64,000 nucleotides of DNA from an uncultured Nitrososphaerota archaeon. GTDB lineage: Archaea; Thermoproteota; Nitrososphaeria; Nitrososphaerales; CADDZS01. The notes under the pieces are model-generated. The model worked only from the letters and a program-made list of their open reading frames with translations. It was not told the origin of the DNA and did not search any database. Location: assembly GCA_963799845.1 (NCBI GenBank), contig CAWCYI010000004.1, positions 96,001 to 160,000 on the forward strand. Reading direction: 5' to 3'. This document shows positions 59,815 to 64,000 of the stretch, one piece after another (position 1 is the stretch's first letter; every line of letters starts with the position of its first letter). Position numbers and translations under genes: made by a program.

Positions 59815-62342
59815 CTGTTCTGAGAGCGTTTCAGCGAGTCGAGCTCGTCCTTGAGTTTTTTCCCCTCATCGCTTACCTTCTGTACCTCTGTTTCAAGCGC
59901 GGCGACCTTCTCCGATTCCCTGATGTTCTGCTTTAGAACGAATAGAGTTTCGCGAATACCTCTCTTAGTCCTGCCGTCATCCTCCTTTACGAGCCACTCT
60001 TCGAGCCGCGGGATCGCGCCGGCATCGTCAAGGTACTCTATCGACATTGCAGCCTCGCTCCTCACTCTGAAATCAGCATCATTCTGGAGAGATAGCAGTA
60101 GCTCGAGAGCCTCGGGGTGTCCCCTGCCGGACATTCCGGTCGCTTCTATGGCGCCAACCTTTCCCGGAAACCATTTCCCGTTTTCCAAGTATTCTTTTGC
60201 GAGCGGTATCACCATCGGATCTTTCATTTCGGCAAAACCCAGAAATGCCCTGTTCCTGACCTGGTCGTTGACAGACTCCTGGGTGACTGCCTCCTTTAGG
60301 GCGTTTTTCGCTTTTTCGGAGTTTTTGAAAAAGCCGAGTGATTGAGCGGCGTGGGCGCGGACGTAATATGAAAAGTCGTTGTTCACGTAATCGACGAGCT
60401 GGTTGAGCGCTTCCTCGCTCCCCTCCTTCATCTCGGCAAAATATCGCAGTCCGATTGCGACTCCTCTTCGCACTCGATGGTCTTTGTGATCTTTCTTCGA
60501 CAGAAGAAAGTCAAGCGCTCTCGTTGTGGCAATCTTGCCAAGGTACTTTGCCGCTTCGAGTTTGACGCCCCAGAACTGATCGGAGTCTATCGCGGTCGAA
60601 AGTTCTTCGACGACGTCGTCTGTCCTGATCTCGCTGAGCGCTTCTGCGGCCCTTACTCGTTCCATGGCGTTTGGGTCGCTTCGAAGCTGGTAGAGAAACA
60701 TCTCCTTCGGCTTACTGAACTTTAGTTTCTTCAGAATCCAGTTTTGGGGGTCCAAGTTGACGTTGCTGGGTTGTGACGGTAGCGAGAAGAAGAAGGTCGA
60801 TTTCTTCTCAGTCATTGCAACCTTCATTGATTTCTTGGACCCGTCCTTCAGAGTGAACAGAATCTCGAATGGAGTCTTGAATAATGGAACGTCGTCCACG
60901 CCAGCGTTGACCTGCTCGACATCGATCTTGGCCATTCCGTTTTTTTCGTCAAACGAGTAGGATACTACGTAATCGGGAAATCCGGGACTATACAGCCACT
61001 GTTCGAAAAACCTCTCCAGATTGAGTCCACTCACATCCTCCAGTACCTTCCGAAAGTCGCTAGTTTCAACGAGCGATGACTTGTGGTCTGCGATGTAGCG
61101 CTTTATTCCGAGAAAGAAGAGCTCGTCGCCCAAAAGTCCACGGAGACCGTTGAGGACCCATGCCCCTTTTTCATAGGTGTGAGTGTCAAACAGCTCGTCC
61201 GGGTGCCAGTATCTCTTCTCGACGATCTGCCGCTGGTATCTTTCGCTGACCTCCTCGGCGTGTCTTTCAAAATCCGCCTGCATCGCGTACTGGAAATCGT
61301 CCACGCCTTCGTCGTGCTCGCGGAAGAGCGCGTTGAAGTAAGTGGCAAATCCCTCGTTCAGCCAGGCGTGGGACCAGTCATTGCATGTCAGATAGTCGCC
61401 GAACCACTGATGCGCGAGCTCGTGTGAGACCAGGTTGTCGCTCTGGAAGTCCAGTTGCCCCCGTTCGTCGTGAAGCGTCGTTTCTGTCAATGTGGTGGCG
61501 GTGATATTTTCCATCCCACCGAACATGAAATCCGAGACGACAACCTGTGCATATTTTGGATACGGGTACTTCTGGCCGGTCGCGCTAGTAAAGTAATCAA
61601 GCATCTTCGGAGTCTTTTCAAATGAGCGCGCGACATCTTTCCTGCGGTCGGCGGGGACGTAATATTCGACAGAGATCCCCTGATATGCGAGAGCTACCCG
61701 CTCGTACTCTCCCACAACGACTGACACAAGATATGACGGGAAAGGAATTTCTTGCGAAAACTCCCACAGCTTATTCTCGCCTTCGTCCTTGACCGATACC
61801 AAGCGACCGTTTGATATGGCCGTCATCCTCGACGGCGCCCTAACCAGGATCTCGGTCGTGAACCTCATATTGGGATAATCGTAGCAGGGAAACCAGAATC
61901 TGGAGTCCTCGGGCTCTCCCTGGGTGAAGAAGTGGGTGAACCGCTCCGGAAATTTTTCAGTGGGGCCGCGGAAAAACAGTCCTCTCTTAGGTGTAACAGT
62001 ATAGTCAAGCTCGACGTGGACGACGTCTCCCGAGTTTACACCTTTCCCGAGGCTCACCTCGACAGACTGGGGCTTTGTCTCAAACGATGCCTCCTTTCCA
62101 TCGACCCGAATTGAGCTAAAATCCATGTCGACCGCATCAAACTCAACATTCGAGATTTGCGAGCCAGCCGCGGTGACCTTGAAGAGCGCCTTTCCGGAGA
62201 TGCTTTTGGATTCAAAATCCGGTTCGATTTCCAGCTTCAGGTGGGTTATGAGAAAGGCGTGATCGCGCCCATAGCGAGTCGGCTGTCCGGGGAGGATGAA
62301 TGATCTTGGCAATTTCTGGAAGGGCGTTTTAGATTGAAGCAT
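59811..62342 (-). CDS. M1 family aminopeptidase with C-terminal HEAT repeats
   Basis: GGMEN, HELAH-18x-E, YEKG; HEAT repeats and a coiled-coil tail. Confidence 0.94.
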   Translation of the reverse strand: MLQSKTPFQKLPRSFILPGQPTRYGRDHAFLITHLKLEIEPDFESKSISGKALFKVTAAGSQISNVEFDAVDMDFSSIRVDGKEASFETKPQSVEVSLGKGVNSGDVVHVELDYTVTPKRGLFFRGPTEKFPERFTHFFTQGEPEDSRFWFPCYDYPNMRFTTEILVRAPSRMTAISNGRLVSVKDEGENKLWEFSQEIPFPSYLVSVVVGEYERVALAYQGISVEYYVPADRRKDVARSFEKTPKMLDYFTSATGQKYPYPKYAQVVVSDFMFGGMENITATTLTETTLHDERGQLDFQSDNLVSHELAHQWFGDYLTCNDWSHAWLNEGFATYFNALFREHDEGVDDFQYAMQADFERHAEEVSERYQRQIVEKRYWHPDELFDTHTYEKGAWVLNGLRGLLGDELFFLGIKRYIADHKSSLVETSDFRKVLEDVSGLNLERFFEQWLYSPGFPDYVVSYSFDEKNGMAKIDVEQVNAGVDDVPLFKTPFEILFTLKDGSKKSMKVAMTEKKSTFFFSLPSQPSNVNLDPQNWILKKLKFSKPKEMFLYQLRSDPNAMERVRAAEALSEIRTDDVVEELSTAIDSDQFWGVKLEAAKYLGKIATTRALDFLLSKKDHKDHRVRRGVAIGLRYFAEMKEGSEEALNQLVDYVNNDFSYYVRAHAAQSLGFFKNSEKAKNALKEAVTQESVNDQVRNRAFLGFAEMKDPMVIPLAKEYLENGKWFPGKVGAIEATGMSGRGHPEALELLLSLQNDADFRVRSEAAMSIEYLDDAGAIPRLEEWLVKEDDGRTKRGIRETLFVLKQNIRESEKVAALETEVQKVSDEGKKLKDELDSLKRSQNS

Positions 62343-62448
62343 TAAGAATATTACGTAATCTTAAATTGAAATTTTTCGAGCGGCAGGACTAGGAATTCTG
62401 ATTTCGATCGCATAGCCCTTAAGTGGAAACCGAGCAGAGAATTAGCGC

Positions 62449-64000
62449 TTGCAGACAGTCTTCGATTCCTCAGTCACGAAAAAATACGAGATCGCGAAAT
62501 CGCGCGAATGGATCATCACGAACGGTCTGGGATCATACGCGTCCAGTACAATAATCGGCCTCAATACGCGTGGGTACCACGGACTCCTCGTCGCTTCGCT
62601 CGATCCTCCGATTCGCCGCATTCTGTTTCTGTCAAAGTTCGAGGAGGAAGTCGAAGTCGGCGGGAGAAAATACCTGCTCGCAGTAAACAAGTATCCCGGC
62701 ACGATTTATCCACAGGGGCATCTACACCTGGAGCAGTTCCGCTTTGAGAGGTACCCGGTTTTCGTTTACCGGCTTGGCACCGCGATAATCGAGAAGACAG
62801 TTTTCATGCCTTACGGGGACAACACCACATTGACGACGTACAAAGTAATCGAAAGCGATTCTCCCGTCAAGATCGTAATCTCACCGATAATCAACAACAG
62901 AGATTTTCACGGCCGCACTCACGAAGATCCTCGATGGAATTTTACGCAGTCGATGAATCCGAAGGGAGTCGAGATTAGGGCGTTTACAGGTGCGACAACG
63001 CTCTATCTCCAGTCGGATCTGGCAGCTTATGCGCCGACAGGGATCTGGTACAAAAATTTTGTTTACGAAACTTCTGCGGAGCGTGGAGAGCTGGAAAGTG
63101 AAGACCAGTACAATCCGGGATTTTTCACTACAAAGCTTGATCAGGGGTACCAGGTTTCAATTTTAGCTTCTCTTCGAAACCAGCAGACATTTTCTTCCGA
63201 AGGTCTTCGTTATCGCGAGATGCAGCGGCTTAGAAAACTCACCGAAAGATTGCCGCAGTCCGATTCATTCTTCCTCCAGCTGGCTGACGCTGCAGACACC
63301 TTCCTCGTACGGCGGAAATCTACCGGGACAAGGACTATTGTTGCGGGATATCACTGGTTCGGCGACTGGGGCAGGGACGCGATGATCAGCATACCTGGGC
63401 TGACCGTCGTTACCAAGCGTGAGGACGAGGGCAAAGAGATCATCAAGACATTTCTTTCATATCTGAAAGACGGCCTGATCCCGAACTCCCTGCAAGATAG
63501 CACGAACGAACCGGACTATTCTACCATAGATGCTTCTCTTTGGCTCGTGAACGCCAGCTATTATCTCTACTCTGAAACCGGCTCTTTGGATTTCATCCGC
63601 GAGATATATCCGAAACTTTCTGAAATCATACAATCGTACGTCCACGGGACGAAATATGGAATCAGGATGGACAGTGACGGCCTGATCATGGGCGGCAGCG
63701 AGCAGACCGCGCTCACCTGGATGGACGCGTGGGTGGATGGAAAGCCCGTGACACCTAGATTTGGCAAACCTGTCGAAGTATCCGCGTTGTGGTACAATTC
63801 ACTTAGGGCGATGGAGCGTTTCGCAAAGGACCTCGTAATCGAATCCGACGAAAGTGAGTTCAGGACTCTCGCGGACAAGACGAAAGTTTCTTTCAATGAA
63901 AAGTTCTGGAATCCCGCTAGGGACTCTCTTCACGATGTCCTGCTCGACGGTGATCGTGGCGACGGCAAGACTAGGCCGAACCAGATCTTCGCGCTTGCAC
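62449..64000 (+). CDS. Glycogen debranching enzyme / amylo-alpha-1,6-glucosidase, 3'-truncated by the window edge; not in the ORF track
   Basis: My translation: REWIITNGLGSYASS, TRGYHGLL, AGYHWFGDWGRD, DASLW, LTWMD, GKPVEVSALWYN and RPNQIFA. Confidence 0.93.
   Translation, partial: MQTVFDSSVTKKYEIAKSREWIITNGLGSYASSTIIGLNTRGYHGLLVASLDPPIRRILFLSKFEEEVEVGGRKYLLAVNKYPGTIYPQGHLHLEQFRFERYPVFVYRLGTAIIEKTVFMPYGDNTTLTTYKVIESDSPVKIVISPIINNRDFHGRTHEDPRWNFTQSMNPKGVEIRAFTGATTLYLQSDLAAYAPTGIWYKNFVYETSAERGELESEDQYNPGFFTTKLDQGYQVSILASLRNQQTFSSEGLRYREMQRLRKLTERLPQSDSFFLQLADAADTFLVRRKSTGTRTIVAGYHWFGDWGRDAMISIPGLTVVTKREDEGKEIIKTFLSYLKDGLIPNSLQDSTNEPDYSTIDASLWLVNASYYLYSETGSLDFIREIYPKLSEIIQSYVHGTKYGIRMDSDGLIMGGSEQTALTWMDAWVDGKPVTPRFGKPVEVSALWYNSLRAMERFAKDLVIESDESEFRTLADKTKVSFNEKFWNPARDSLHDVLLDGDRGDGKTRPNQIFALA

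Overview
Archaeal chromosomal DNA, most likely a Nitrososphaerota (Thaumarchaeota) member. The taxonomy is inferred from TFE/TFEbeta, aMBF1, NAC, S30e, Nop5/fibrillarin, Gar1, archease and intron-rich tRNAs; no amo genes are in the window. Core genes include a class II ribonucleotide reductase, pyrB/pyrD/pyrK, A-type ATP synthase C,H,F,E,A,B,D, RNA-modification genes, an H+-PPase and cysS. An accessory block (~14.4-29 kb) follows tRNA-Gly and holds an IS701 element, a PQQ dehydrogenase, a surface protein and a cyclase pseudogene. Four things stand out. (1) A ~200-230 bp non-coding element occurs twice, inverted and 27 kb apart, combining a 60/63-identical AT-rich core with an array of AGCT sites phased at ~10 bp. 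(2) Seven single-base frameshifts all sit directly beside an AGCT, which suggests AGCT methylation causing long-read errors rather than true pseudogenes. (3) An acyl/aryl-CoA catabolic cluster resembles the paa lower pathway but has one stand-alone ferritin-like diiron protein and no PaaABCE in the window. (4) Three tRNAs carry seven introns in total, including a 14-nt intron at position 8/9 of tRNA-Ser(UGA). All protein calls come from motif recognition by eye; no database searches were run.
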